From Eledone cirrhosa (taxonomy: Eukaryota), in assembly GCA_964016885.1 (NCBI GenBank), contig OZ024740.1:225494001-225558000 (forward strand): a DNA stretch of 64,000 nt. The letters are read 5' to 3'. Both the position numbers and the translations under genes were made by a program. Below, piece by piece: positions 1 to 13,114 of this stretch. The notes under the pieces were generated by a model. That model did not search any database. It saw only the letters and a program-made list of their open reading frames with translations, and had not been told where the DNA came from. Position 1 is the first letter of the stretch. Each line of letters begins with the position of its first letter.

Positions 1-47
<47 letters not shown>

Positions 48-648
48 CCCTCTCTATCTATCTTCCACTATCTCTCAAACCCTATTAACTTTCTCCATCT
101 TTTTCAATGTACTTCGTCATCTGCCCTAAAATATCCTTTATTTTTCTTTCAATTTACCCTATACTCTTACACTCATCCTTATCCTCACTTAGCTCTTCTT
201 TTCTCTTTATCTTCCACAACTTAAAGTCTTTTAAGTTATTTTCTCCTTCTCTATTTCTTTTTTCTTCTCCAGGCCTTCCTTTTTCTCCCCATTGTTCCTA
301 ATTTATCGATGTATACTTTTCCTTCCATTTGCTTACCTACCTGTCCATCTATTTACATAAGATGTTCATCCATCAATATAGTTATGTATATCTACCTGTC
401 TTCCTTTTCTCCCTTCCATTTTCATACTCATTCTTTTCCTGTGTGTGCTTAGATGTGTGCCTCTATATCTCTCTGTATGTGTACATATGTATACATTTAT
501 ATACATACATATATATAATACATATATATATACATGTATAACAATATCGGTTTCAACACACGATTTCAGATAAAGAATCTTGCTAAACAAATTCAGAAAC
601 GAAATATATATATATATGTATATATATATATATGTATATATATATATG

Positions 649-724
<76 letters not shown>

Positions 725-1062
725 ATATTAATGTAGAAGTCGAACATTTCCCCATGGAACTATGATTTGAAAAACCACCACATGACTTATCAATTGAACC
801 TACAAAATACTAATTTGAAATATGATACATTGTAAATGCTTCATGTAAAATGGAAGTGAAAATTATGCATGTAAATGCATGATATGCCTACGTACATACA
901 TATATATAAAACTGTCCAGCGCCATGCTAGTGTGGAAGATGGACGTTAAATGATGATGATGATGATGATGATAATATATGTATAAAGGAAGTATGTTTGG
1001 AACATGGTGTGCAAGGTTTAGAATTGTAATAGAAATAGAAGCTTTGCCGTAATATTTTTACT

Positions 1063-1690
1063 ATCATCATCACCGTTTTACGTCCATTCTTCCACGCTAG
1101 CATGGGTTAGATGGGGTGTCTTGTTGTGGGCAGTAGCTGGTCGGCTGACCTTGTCTTGCTCATACGGGAACTGATTCTGGCTTGATTTCTACAGCTGGAT
1201 GCCCTTCCTAACACCAACCTCATTTACAGTGAGTGCTGGGTGCTTTTTCTCGTGGCGCCTACACGTCCACTTTACAGTGTGGGTTGGGTTCTTTTTTGTC
1301 ATGGCACCTCCACGACCACTTTGCAGTGGGAGGGGGTGGGAGCATATTGTCTATATGCTTCAGCTTCAGCTTGTACCCGTGGGGGTTTGGGTCTTCTGTA
1401 TTACTGCGTGACGCCAAATGTCACGGTCGTGTGTCATCGCCTTTGAGATGTGTAATTGGTTAAGGTCGGCTTTTATCACCTCATCCCAGGTCATCTTGGG
1501 TCTCCCCACTCCGCGGTTTCCATTGACTTCTAGTGCTCTGCACCTTTTTATGCAGCTGTCATCCTTCATACGCATCACATGTCCATACCAACGCAATCTC
1601 CTCTCCTGCACACAGCATTTGATTCCTCTTATGCTCAGTCTCTCTCTCTCAATTCGTTTATTGATTGCTGTTCGCGTATATTACTATTAC
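1063..1690 (-). mobile_element. 5'-truncated RTE LINE fragment (C-terminal ORF part, 3' UTR, (GAT)n tail)
   Basis: ORF 1366..1611 QERRLRWYGHVMRM...GRPKMTW matches the other RTE copies; ends in the shared ...gcgtggagaagaatggacgtaaaacggtgatgatgatg tail. Confidence 0.85.
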
Positions 1691-1879
1691 ACATCCATCG
1701 GAGTATGCAGGCTTCATTTCTTTTTTACTATAATATAGTCTAATAATTATATGCCCCATATTACAGTCAAAAACATTATGGCAAAGCTTCTATTTCTATT
1801 TCAATTATATATATATATATATATCTGCGTGTGTTTGTGTGTATGTGCCTGTATCTGGAAGAGAGAAAGAGAGGGACAG

Positions 1880-1921
<42 letters not shown>

Positions 1922-3554
1922 GGAGAGATCATACATTTTCATTAGAATAAATAGCTACATTTTTTAATAAATGAACTCAATGTCAGTTTATTATGAATTA
2001 GAATAGGATATATAGCAAAATTACTTAGGAAAGATACATTCTTTTATCTTGTGAATTGTGGAAATAATGCAAATCGAAGGCAAACATACTATATATAAGC
2101 AGTTCATTAAAAAACCACTCCCTCACTCTCTCTCTCTCTCTACATATATATATCATTATCATCGTCGTCGTTTAACGTCCATCTTCCACACTAACATGGG
2201 CAAGATTGGTCGGGTGACTGTGTCTCGCTCATATAGAACTGCATCTGGCAGGTTTTCTATGGCTGAATGCCCTTCCTAACACCAACCATATTTACAGTGT
2301 GGACTGGGAGCCTTTTTACTGTGTCTTCTACATGATACATATATATATTATCATCACCATTTTTATGTATGTTTTTCTATGCTTGCATTGATTAGACGGA
2401 TCCTTCTCAGCACAGCATATCTCCACTCGTCGCATTCCTTCATAATTTCCACTGTCAGTTTTAGTGATTTGAGGTCAACTCTCACAACCATCTGTTGTTT
2501 AAATGTGACTTTAAACATGTTCATAAAGTATCTACGTAATGGATATTTTCTCAGAGTATCTAGGGACTTGAGGGAAGATGTAACTCTGATGTAATCTGTA
2601 TATGTGGATGTATATACCTGCATTGAAGAGATGTAGGAAATGAATGTAAGTACTGGTTAAAAAGAATGTGGGAATAGCAGATTCTAGTTGTGTTATTCTT
2701 GTAAACTACATTTTTTTTCTGCTACCGGATTCTCTGAAACGAAAGAGATCAATTCATTTGATGTTCCTCTTAAAGTTCACTTTCACTTTTGTCCTGTAAT
2801 TCCTGATGAAGTCATGGAGCACTGTCTTGACATAGGGCATTTCTAGGGCATTTTCAAACTTTGGAGAGCTCATCTCCTCTCCAGGCTTCAGTAAAGCAAA
2901 TCTCTTCCAAAGAAGGATAGAAATTGAGAGAAAGGTAGTGGGAAAGAGAAATAGAGAAAAAATCGACCCCATTACTAGACTGGTACTTTTTTTTTAAGAC
3001 CTCAAAAGGATGAAACGCAAAGTTTACCTTGGTGGGGTTTGAACTCAGAGAGTAGAGAGCTGGAACGAATTCTGCAAAGCATTCTGCCTGCCATTCTAGT
3101 GATTCTATCAATTCACCCCCTTCGAATTGTTGTTACTCAACATCTTTTAGAAGGATGTGAGCAAAGAAGTAGTTCCCAAGAACTAACATTCTATGCAAGA
3201 AGGACCAGGCATTGTGGTTTATATATGGATTGAATACTTGGACACATCATGTTTTGTGTGAGAAGGAAATTCAAGTAAGCAAGAAATGCCTAAGTTTTGG
3301 TAGTATGAAACAACCTGATCAGCCAGCTTAATCTGGCAAAGACAATTGTAATTATGATAGAAGAAACAGCAGTTAGAGACAATAGGCCAGAGGCTGGAGA
3401 ATGTGTTTTTTCGTTTGTTCAGTTTTTTTGGGTGGGGAGGGGGTCACATTTTATGTCTATTCCTCAATGTTTGCATATGTGCCTACTTTATAGATTTGTT
3501 AAATAGAATGGCACAACTATTCATGTATTTATATATTTGGCCTCATTTGGTGGT

Positions 3555-3589
3555 TTCTTCTTCTTCTTCTTCTTCTTCTTCTTCTTCTT

Positions 3590-3619
<30 letters not shown>
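3555..3619. repeat. (TTC)n microsatellite
   Basis: direct reading. Confidence 0.98.
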
Positions 3620-3620
<1 letters not shown>

Positions 3621-4771
3621 AAATATATTTGACTAGTACATTGTTTTATAATTTTTTTATAATTTTTTTTTATATTACGGGCAGGAGATGGGTAATGTCA
3701 TAAGAGTACTATTATATTTGTTAATGTTTCTAATTATCTTGCATATTGTGTTTCAGCTTTTATTTGGCAAATTTTGGATATAAATAGTTTATTTTCTTTG
3801 CTATTTAGATTTTTTCCCTTTGGGTTTTATTTCAGTTTTGAGATGTTGGTGTAATGTACTTAGTATTATATCTAATTTTTAACAGGTTTGCCATTTCGGT
3901 ATTGTAAATGTGGTTGTATCTTTTAATATTGCCTGGTCAGATATAGTTTTTGGTAAAAATAATTGTTCCACTGGGCTTTTTTGAAGTTTGTGAAAGTGAT
4001 TTATTTTATTCAGGGATGTGTGAGTACCTTGTGATTGCCATAAGCAATTATTTGAAGAAATGGGCCACTTGTTTATTGTAGTTAAACGTATGAGTTAGTA
4101 GGAGTTGACGTAGTTAGCTTATAGAAGCATATTAATTTGTTGATGTGGGTTGTTTAGAATGTAACAAAAGATTAGTTGTGATTCAATCAAAATGTACTCT
4201 TTCTGTAGAGAAAGTTAATGAGCTGACACAAAAGCTAAATCCACTGAAATTGTAGTATTGATACTTTAAATGAAAAATATGTGGAAGTCAATTGCATCAA
4301 TTGTACCAGTCATTCAAAGATCCAATCTTAGCACATATTGTGTCATGCTGATTCAGCTGAAGAATTATGATAATGTTATATGTGTCTGTGAAGGCACATG
4401 GCTTAGTAGTTGGAGAGTTGCAATCAAAAGGTTATGAGTTCAATTCTCAGACCAGATGATGTGTCCTTGAGCAAGACACTTTATTTTATGGTCTTTCTGC
4501 CAGGAGTTCCGACTGGTTGATAGTATCAGCAATGGAAAGATTAATGGAAATATAGTTTCCTTGGTCCAATTTGATGAAGTCCTCCCCACTCGACAAATGA
4601 ATGAGGTTTTGAATCTTGTCAATCGATCAGAGCAATATATGACCATAAAATATTCAGCTGCTAACATATTTACTTAAAGAGCAGGTAGTTGATCAAACAA
4701 CTGAATGCTTATTCTCAAAACTACCTTAGAATCCATCATCATATAGGTCTTGTTCTAGTTGATGTTTAAGT

Positions 4772-4961
4772 AATTAATTGTTTCTACTTTAGGCACAAGG
4801 CCAGCAATTACCCAGTACATTACTGGTACTTTATTTTATTGAACCCGTAAGGATGAAAGACAAAGTTAACCTCGGCAGGATTTGAACTCAGACTGTAAAG
4901 GGACGTAACTGTGCTAGAAAGCATGGCGTCCAACCCTCTACCGATATTGCCAATCTATCCA
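4772..4961 (-). mobile_element. tRNA-derived SINE, family A (Nin/Deu-domain-like)
   Basis: B-box-like GAGTTCAAATCC; central ...TTTCATCCTTACGGG..CAATAAAATAAAGTACCAG; 3' end GGCCTTGTGCCTAAAGTAGAAACAATT; many copies in the window. Confidence 0.85.
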
Positions 4962-5081
4962 CAAAACAGTTTAAAAAAGACAAGTAAAGCTTGATGTTAG
5001 AAAGGCCATCCAGCTGTTGAATAGTCTTGGCCAACCCACGTTATTATGGAAAATGGCTGTAAAATTGAAGATTATTATTAT

Positions 5082-5236
5082 TTGGCAGTATCGGTAGAGA
5101 GTCAGATACCATGCTTTGCAGCACAGAGTTACGTCCCTTTACCGTCTGAGTTCAAACCCCGCCGAGGTTAACTTTGACTTTCATCCTTACGAGGTCGATA
5201 CAATAAAGTACCAGTAATGTACTGGTATAATTGCTC
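5082..5236 (+). mobile_element. SINE family A copy, 3' end interrupted by a family B SINE
   Basis: matches family A from ttggcagtatcggtagag to taattgct. Confidence 0.8.
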
Positions 5237-5238
5237 AT

Positions 5239-5631
5239 CTTAGTGGTTAGAGCATTGGGCTTGCAATCGAAAGGTTGTGAGTTCAATTCTCAGACCGGGT
5301 GATGTGTTGTTTCCTTGAGCAAGACACTTTATTTCACATTGCTCCAGTTTACTCAGCTGTAGAAATGAGATGATAGGGACTGGGGTCCATATCATTCCAC
5401 TGCAAAGTGGTCGTGGAGGTGCCACAGCAAAAAAGCACCCAGCACTCACTGTAAATGAGGTTGGTGTTAGGAAGGGCATCCAGCTGTAGAAATCAAGCCA
5501 GAATCAGTTACCGTATGAGAAAGACAAGGTCAACCGACTGGACACTGCCCACAATGGGACAACCCATCTAACCCATGCTAGCGTGGAAGAACAGATGTAA
5601 AACAGTAATGATGAAGATGAGGAAAATGATG
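5239..5631 (+). mobile_element. tRNA-derived SINE, family B (CORE-like domain, RTE-derived body and tail)
   Basis: tRNA head TAGTGGTTAGAGC...GAGTTCAATTCTC; CORE-like TCCTTGAGCAAGACACTT; GGTGTTAGGAAGGGCATCCAGCTGTAGAAA body; RTE-like 3' end with (GAT)n; near-identical copy at 57506. Confidence 0.85.
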
Positions 5632-6711
5632 TTGAAGGGCTTTGGATTGACAGTATAGGTAGGGTGTCATACAAAATTGTGGCATAGAGTTACAACCCAT
5701 TACATTCTGAGTTCAAATTCCACAAAGGTTTGCCTTTCATCCTTTCAAAGTTGATAAAATAAAGTACCAGTAATGCATTGGGATCGATTTAATTGACTTA
5801 CCCCTCACAAAAATTGTTGGCCTTGTGCTTAAATCAGAGACCTAAATGTTGTGAGCTTTGAGTGCTTCAATGCCTCACAGTCACTATTAATTTCTTCTAA
5901 GCTGGGGTGAAGCCACTGCTCATTGTAAGGCATGGGACATTACAGCACCTACTATAATAAATATCTGTGTGTTTGTATGTGTCTGTATTTATTCAGTTGG
6001 GTTTATAAACACACAATGATGTTTTCTTTGACCAGTAATGATATACATGCAAAGAATATTACATTTACAATATTTTATTTTCACAGTGACAGATTCTCAA
6101 TAAAGAAGTAGTATGTAATATTGTAGTGTACAAAATACCATTGATATACCAGGGAAGGGGAATTATTAATCATAAAGCATGGAACAAAACAACTTATAAA
6201 CTACAAGCAGGAATTTTTATATTACATTAAGAAGAGAATCAATAAAAAAAGGTCAAAATATTAGCTGACATCCAGATTGTTTTAGAGATAGAAAAACATA
6301 TTGGATATAAGATATTATATCTATGAGTATCATATTATGTCTAATAATTGCATGCTCATCAGACCAGAGCATATTTTGGTTTCATTGGTATTAAGTAACT
6401 GAGAGTATGGGATGCCAGTCAATTGCATGAATAACACCCAGTTGCTGTTAGTACTCATCTTCAGCTGAATTGATTGAAGCAATATGAAATGAAATGTATT
6501 GCTCAAGAACACAAAATGCTGTTGAGCTTGGGATTAAACCCATGACTTTAAGATTGTAAGCTTAACACCATAATCATTAATATGTCTCATAACAGAGGAT
6601 TACATCTACATATTATCTCAAATTATAATAAAGGAAGGTCTGCGGGATTGCGTATGGTTTATTATTTTTATCCCGTTTGTAAAATAAGTTGGATTACTTT
6701 GAATAAATAAT

Positions 6712-6896
6712 TGTTTCTACGTTAGGCACAAGGCCAGCAATTACCCAGTGCATTACTGGTACTTTATTTTATCGACCCCATAAGGATGAAAGGCAAAGTC
6801 AACCTCGGCGGGATTTGAACTCAGATTGTAAAGGGACGTAACTATGCTGGAAAGCATGGCGTCCGACCCTCTACCGATACTGCCAATTCACTAACC
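6712..6896 (-). mobile_element. SINE family A, full length, with 19-bp TSD
   Basis: TSD ATTACTTTGAATAAATAAT at 6693-6711 and 6897-6915. Confidence 0.9.
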
Positions 6897-7896
6897 ATTA
6901 CTTTGAATAAATAATGAATGAATATTACATAATTTATCTACAAAAATTCATGGCTGTTGATTAAATATATTTTGTTTATTTAAAGATTCACTTCTTTAAA
7001 ATTTCTGAAATGTCAACACTTCCGGTGGCGATCGCTTAAATAAACATACTACTAATTTCCCGTCACTAATTTTCTCCTAATGCAGTTTATATATAATATC
7101 GTCTTTTTTAATGTATCATGGATTACGTTACTGATTAAATAAGACAGTGTAACACAGTCTTCATTCAATTTCTATGTATTATATATTGTCAATTACGATT
7201 TTATTTGAAGTATCATATCTACATGTATATATACTTGCGTATAATATCAATATACACACTACACATGCTAGCAGAAAACCACCCAAAGGGTGGTTTTCTG
7301 CTTGTTTTAAATAATTATTTTAGTTTTAAATTTATTATCTAGAGAAGGAATTGTTATGTCCACTATATCAGAAGGGTTTCAAAGATCAGGAGATATTAAT
7401 GCAGTTGATGGTCAGCTTTGAACATCTGTATGCCAATGTTATCAACATTACCAGCATCATCTACATCATCATGCATTTTGTTATTTTTTTTCATGCTGCC
7501 ATGGGTTTGATGAGACTTTTTTGTGGCAGTATTCTACAGTGGTATGCCCTTCCCGATGTCAACTATCATTTCTATATTTTAAAAGTAAGGTACAGATATT
7601 TGTATGCCTAACTGTTTGTCTGTGTGACTTTTGTATATGTGGGACATAAACAAAAGTAATACTGTCAATTTCAAAGCAAAGACACAAAGATAAACAAACA
7701 TACAGAGGCTTTTCATCACTGATGGACATTGCCTTTAATCATCTATTTAAAAGTTTTGTTGATATTTACATAATGTAGAATCCTTGTGTTTTCTGGGAGG
7801 ATAAAACTGCTTTGAAACTGCCAACTAGACAATATTCCAGTCCTGACAATATTTCCCCAATCATCAAATATTCAATTCTGCCACATACTTCTATTT

Positions 7897-8103
7897 ACTA
7901 CTATTATTTATACCACATCTACTATTATTTATACCACTTCTACTGTTATTAGACAACTTTACTACTATTTATACCACTTCTACTATTATTAGACCACTTT
8001 ACTATTATTTATACCACTTCTACTATCATTTATGTCACTTACATCTACTACTATTTATACCACTTTACTATTATTTATACCACTTTACTATTATTTATAC
8101 TAC
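7897..8103. repeat. ~21-bp minisatellite (TACTATTATTTATACCACTTC)n, about 10 degenerate units
   Basis: direct reading. Confidence 0.9.
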
Positions 8104-9651
8104 TCATTTTACATTGTTGCATTTATGTGAGCTCTTGTCTGAATATGATATTTGTCAAGTTCATACTTTTTATATTTTTTCTATTAATGTACTTGACAAA
8201 TATAGTTTTTTCAATAAATTTTATATAAATGGCCATTTTATATATATAGATGCCATATAAATGACATGGTTAAAAGTGTTAATGATCTGAAGTTATTTTA
8301 ACACAAAACTATTGCCATATCTAATAGATATCTTAATAAGATTATAATTTTCTAATCTATTGGCTTCATCTTTAAAGTGTATCATCATTATGATCGCCAT
8401 CATCATTTTTATGCCAGCTTTTCTATGCTTGCATGGGTTGGATGGGTCCTTCTCAGCACAGCATCTCTTCACTCACCATGCTCCTTCATCATCTCCTCTG
8501 TGACTCTCAGCGATTTGAGGTCAGCTCTCACCACCTCTGCCTAGGTCTTTCCTGATCTACCTCTACTGTGGCCTCCTTCCAATATATATACAATATTCCT
8601 GGATGTGAACATAGTCCTAGACTATGACAACACATAGTTAAGATGGTTGTTTCACAATGATGAGTTTTCAAGTTTGATCATCACTTGTGTTGCACTTTCA
8701 GTAAACATTTACTATGACCTTGGGCTAACCAACACCTTGTATGTGGAAGGTTGTGTGAAAACCTATAACTTAGTGAATCAATGAATAGATAGCAATAAAA
8801 AAAGACCAGATCAAAATAAGTACTGGGTTTGATATAATCAATGAAAACACTTGAAGGCAGTACTTCTGCATGACTGCAGTTGACTGACTAAAGCCATTAA
8901 AAGAATATAAGAATATACCATTTTTCTGTGACATTTATTTTCTAATGCTTCAGAATTTACCATTGAAAATACTTAACAGTATAGTTGTGTCGGTGCATAT
9001 AGTCTTTTCTGTTTTTTTTTTTGTTATTTTTGTGTGTGTCTGTTTTTTTGTAAATACTTAACATTCTATGAGTGGTCAAGTGGTTCTTTCAGCAAATAAC
9101 TATATATAATACTTACATTTTTTAGAGTGGTTTTATTTTATAGTAATTACAAATATGGAAGCAGTGATCCTGATCTGCAACTAAAAGCCTTTCCTTGACT
9201 ATATCCTCAATATCTTGCTGGTTGGTAATAGGGGAGAAAATAACAAAGTCACAGTCAAGATTATTAATTTGTGTTGCATATTTGAAATGAAGTTGTTTAT
9301 TTTCCATTATTTTTCTTATTAATTAATATTGATTCTCTATAATCAATATCGGATTTCTTAAATCAATAACAACCTTTTAAAAATCGTACTGATAATAATA
9401 ATAATAATAATAATAATGTTTTCTTTATTAACCACAAGGGTTTACATAAAGTAGACATTAAGGACAGTACAGGACAATACAGGACGGTACAAATGGGCAT
9501 TTCTGCGTGTAAAAAAACAGAGGATGAAATAAAATAACAAAGAAAAATTCCCCAATAGGGGGGAGACTTCCGAAGGGACATTTGTGGAGAAAGCCCATTA
9601 AAAGACCACAGTGGCCCTGACCACCAGGGCAAGTGCCCTCTCCCAGTTTTC

Positions 9652-12600
9652 CACCTTTAATTTACAGACACATACTCAGAGAAGGCCCATTCATTCAGGC
9701 CATACTTGCTTCTCTCACCCATCTTTCAACAAAATGCTGGGAAGAGAGCACTTCCCTCTCTACCCTGATTTTCCTTTTCAGATGAAATTTGAAAAAGTTA
9801 ATCAGGGCATCACCGAAGAGGTAAGTGCTCGTCTTCAGCCCTTTCAAACGTGTCCACCATACTATCTCTTTCGCCATGGCCACCAGACAGATAAAAAGTG
9901 CCTGCCTTTCCCGGCTAAAGGAAGAGGGCGGGGCAATCCTCACGATGGACTCAGCTGATAGCTGGATCCGTCCTACACGTGACAGCAGGTGTTCGACATA
10001 AACCCACAAGTCAGCAATGCTCGGACACTGGACGAGTGCGTGCAGGACGGTTTCGTCGCCCTGCGCGCATCTCGGACATGCCCGGCTGACAGCACCTCCA
10101 TGCCTGTAGAGTTTATCCCGAACTGGCAAAGCTCCCCGGTAGCACTGCCAGGCCAGGGATTTCTGGAAGTTGTCCATAGGCCCCGGCCCGAAAGTCCTTC
10201 CGAAGAGATTGGCTAGTTGATTTTCGTCGACGCCTAGAGTTTCTCCAATATGTCGTCGCTCTTCCCCTCCACTAATCCCCTATAGAACGCCAAGGTGGAG
10301 TTTCCACCGATCTCATTGCCTGATTGGTCGAGGGCTGTGAGCGCCTGAAGACATTCCAGTCTCCAATCGCTCCCTCTCGGTCTTCGCTTGACCCAGGACT
10401 GCAGCCCCATCAAGGAGACGAGCTGGGAAAAACGTGTCTAGCAAACGGCGACCACACCTGATCACCGTCGAGGAAGAGGTGGAGATGTCGTAGCCTGAGC
10501 GCGTGTCTGGGCATCATCAGCCACGGCATGCCCAGCCCTCCACGTAGCGGGTGTTGACAGCAGATGGACCGCCTGACCATCGGAGCGCGTCCCTTCCAGA
10601 AGAAGCGAAAGAGCAAACGCTCCAGCGCAGTCAGGAGGGGCTTAGGACAAGGTACGACGGTCAGGCGGTAGTAGATGACGGACGCAATGTACGCATTCGC
10701 CACCTCCGCTCGACCTTTCAGGGATAGCTTCCTCTCGGCCCATTTCTGGGTGAGAGAAGCCACCCTGCTCGTCACCTCGTCCCAGTTTTTGTCCGTCTGG
10801 AGAACTTGACCGAACCAGACCCCTAGCAATTTAACCCGTCCGTCCGTCCAGCGCCCGACGACGGTGTTGGACGGCATGGACCTGCCTCTCCAGGTGCCGA
10901 GCTGCAGGCTCACTGACTTTTCCTGGTTGATCATTGCTCCTGTCACCGCTTCGTATTCTCTTAGTGTAGTGCCGATCGCCTCGATGTGTTTGGCGTTCGA
11001 CACCACTACGGTGACATCGTCGGCATATGCTGACACGGATCTTCCGCATCCTAGTTCGCGCGGGACCCCCCTCAACGCCTCCAGTTTGTGCAGTAATGGC
11101 TCGAGAGTCAATACGTGCAATAGGGACGAGAGGGGACATCCTTGGCGGACCGAGCGCATGATGTTGAACGGTTCCGAAAGGTGACCGTTCACTCTCACTA
11201 CAGAGCAGATGTCGCTGTGCATGGCCGCGATCCAGCCTCTGAAGACGGGCCCAAAGCCAGCCGCCCTCAGGACTGCCACTAGGTAACGATGGTCGACCCT
11301 ATCGAAGGCTTTCGACTGATCTAAATTGATCAAAGACCCACCCGTGCCAGGTTCCCTAGCTACCCTCTCTACGATGTATCGCATGAGGTGGAGGTTGTCG
11401 TGGATGGATCTGTCGGGAATGGCGCATGTCTGCGCCTCTCCCACCAGACCACCAACGACAAGCGCCAACCTCTTTGCTAGCACCTTGACCAAAATCTTGA
11501 ACTCTGTGTTTAGCAGAGTTATGGGCCTAAAATTATCTATGTTATCCCCCTTGTTGGGATCCTTTCTCAGCAGCGCCACCGCTCCTCGGCTCACAGAGCT
11601 GGAAATTCTCCCGTTCTGTTGCCAGTTGCAGTAGACGTCCACCAAGAGGCCTCCGAACAAGTCTGGCATTTGTACGTAAAGTTCATAGAGCAGACCATCC
11701 AAACCAGGCGATTTACCCCTTGTGCAGCCAGTCATTGCCTCCCGTATTTCAGCGGTTGTTATCGGCTGTTCGCAACACTCCGCCTCAGTGGCCGAAAGCC
11801 GCGGCAGTTCGTCGAGGTAGACACTAAAGTCCAACCCTCGATCCGGCCCGCCACTGCCCCCGAACAGTTGAGCGAAGTGTCGTTGAAAAGCTTCACACAT
11901 TTTCCCGGGATCGAGTAGCATGCGCCCGTCGTGGTCCACCAAAGACCGGATCGTGGCTTTATTGCCACGACGCGCCTCCGCCACTCGGGCCCATTGAACG
12001 GCTTTCATCCCCGCGTGTCTGAGAGCACGCACCCTAGCTCTGACAACGCAGCCTTCGTGCTTTGCATTGAAGAATTGGCCAAGGGCCAATTTTGCCGCAA
12101 GTACGTCGGTCGCGATGCCTTTGCTAAGCGCCTCGTCTAATTTTCTAACTAATTCTCCCTCTGCTCTATTTTTCTCTATTGCTAAAGCCTTACTAAACCT
12201 AATGGACTCTATTCTGATTGCTCTTTTCAGAGCAAACCACCACTTGTTGTTGACGATGGCCCCCGTCAACGCCCGCTTAACTAGTTCGTTAATCCGGTCT
12301 CTGTAGGCCTTGCGCGCTGGTAAGGACGCGTTTAGCTTCCAGTAGCCGGGTCCTCGTCTATGAAGCCTATCTAAGTCAAGCACACAGATCACGAATTTGT
12401 GGTCCGTGTAGCTGACTATCTTGAATTGTGGACAGCCTATGCTAGACTTATCTATTTCCCTACAAAATACTCTATCTAGATATGATCTGGATGACCCTAT
12501 GCGATTTGTCCAAGTCCACATTGGTACATTCGGGAAATCCATTCGGTACCTGTCAGACAGTTCAAAACGCCTGAGCAGGTTGGTGAGACTCTTGCACCCT

Positions 12601-13080
12601 CCTTCCCTATCCACTAATCCCACACAATCCCAGCGTGCATCTAAGATCCCGTTCCAGTCGCCCACTAACACTAAAGAGCGGGACGTTCCAAGAAAGGTCT
12701 CCAGACGCCGGAAGAAATCAGGCCGCACTGCTCCTGTCGGGGCATAGACGGCCACTAACCTGAAAGCTTGCTCTGTCTCCGCTGGTCACGTCCAGCACCA
12801 CCAACTTACCTTCTGGGTCCAGGAAGATGGCCCGCATGGCAAGATCCACACCTCTCCGAAAAAGCACAGCAACTCCTCCCCCCGATCCCTCACGGCTGGG
12901 AGATGCGTATACATCGTAGCCGCCGAAGATCGGTGCGAAGGCCCGTGCTTCGGAGATTCTGGTCTCGCTGATGGCCACTACATCTATGTTTAGTGACCTG
13001 AGGTCGTTGAGCAGGTGGCCCTGCTTCCATGACGACCCCAAGCCACGCGCATTTATGCTGGCTATTCTGAGTGAGGTCAT
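9652..13080 (-). pseudogene. Tx1 ORF2 (APE endonuclease, RT, zinc finger), split by frameshifts into 12718..13080, 10410..12755 and 9695..10177
   Basis: SINARGL...ISET, GDWN, YLDR, TDH (endonuclease); GKSPGLDG, FRPITLLN, LDQSKAFDRVDH, VRQGCPLS, YADD (RT); CPRC...ETVLHALVQC. Confidence 0.93.
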
Positions 13081-13114
13081 GTTGAAAAGGAGTGGAAAAG
13101 ATGGGAAAGACCAC

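Noticed and set aside
329-765. YIYIYI-type ORFs here and at 22.2-22.9, 39.6-40.1, 43.7-44.2, 48.1-48.5 and 51.0-51.2 kb
   Set aside because: These are translations of (TA)n microsatellites, which lack stop codons
5239-5300. tRNA-like sequences (also 52505 and 57506)
   Set aside because: SINE heads that run into CORE-like bodies, with no proper acceptor stem
7897-8103. CRISPR-like regular repeats (also 43070-43410)
   Set aside because: Tandem units without unique spacers, in a eukaryotic context with no cas genes
9122-9307. 61-aa minus-strand ORF with an acceptor-like site (QDIEDIVKERLLVADQD)
   Set aside because: No recognisable homology and no supported neighbouring exon
10864-12747. Numerous plus-strand ORFs over Tx1, and antisense ORFs over the RTE and PLE copies
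   Set aside because: Antisense shadows of retroelement coding regions with no domain motifs
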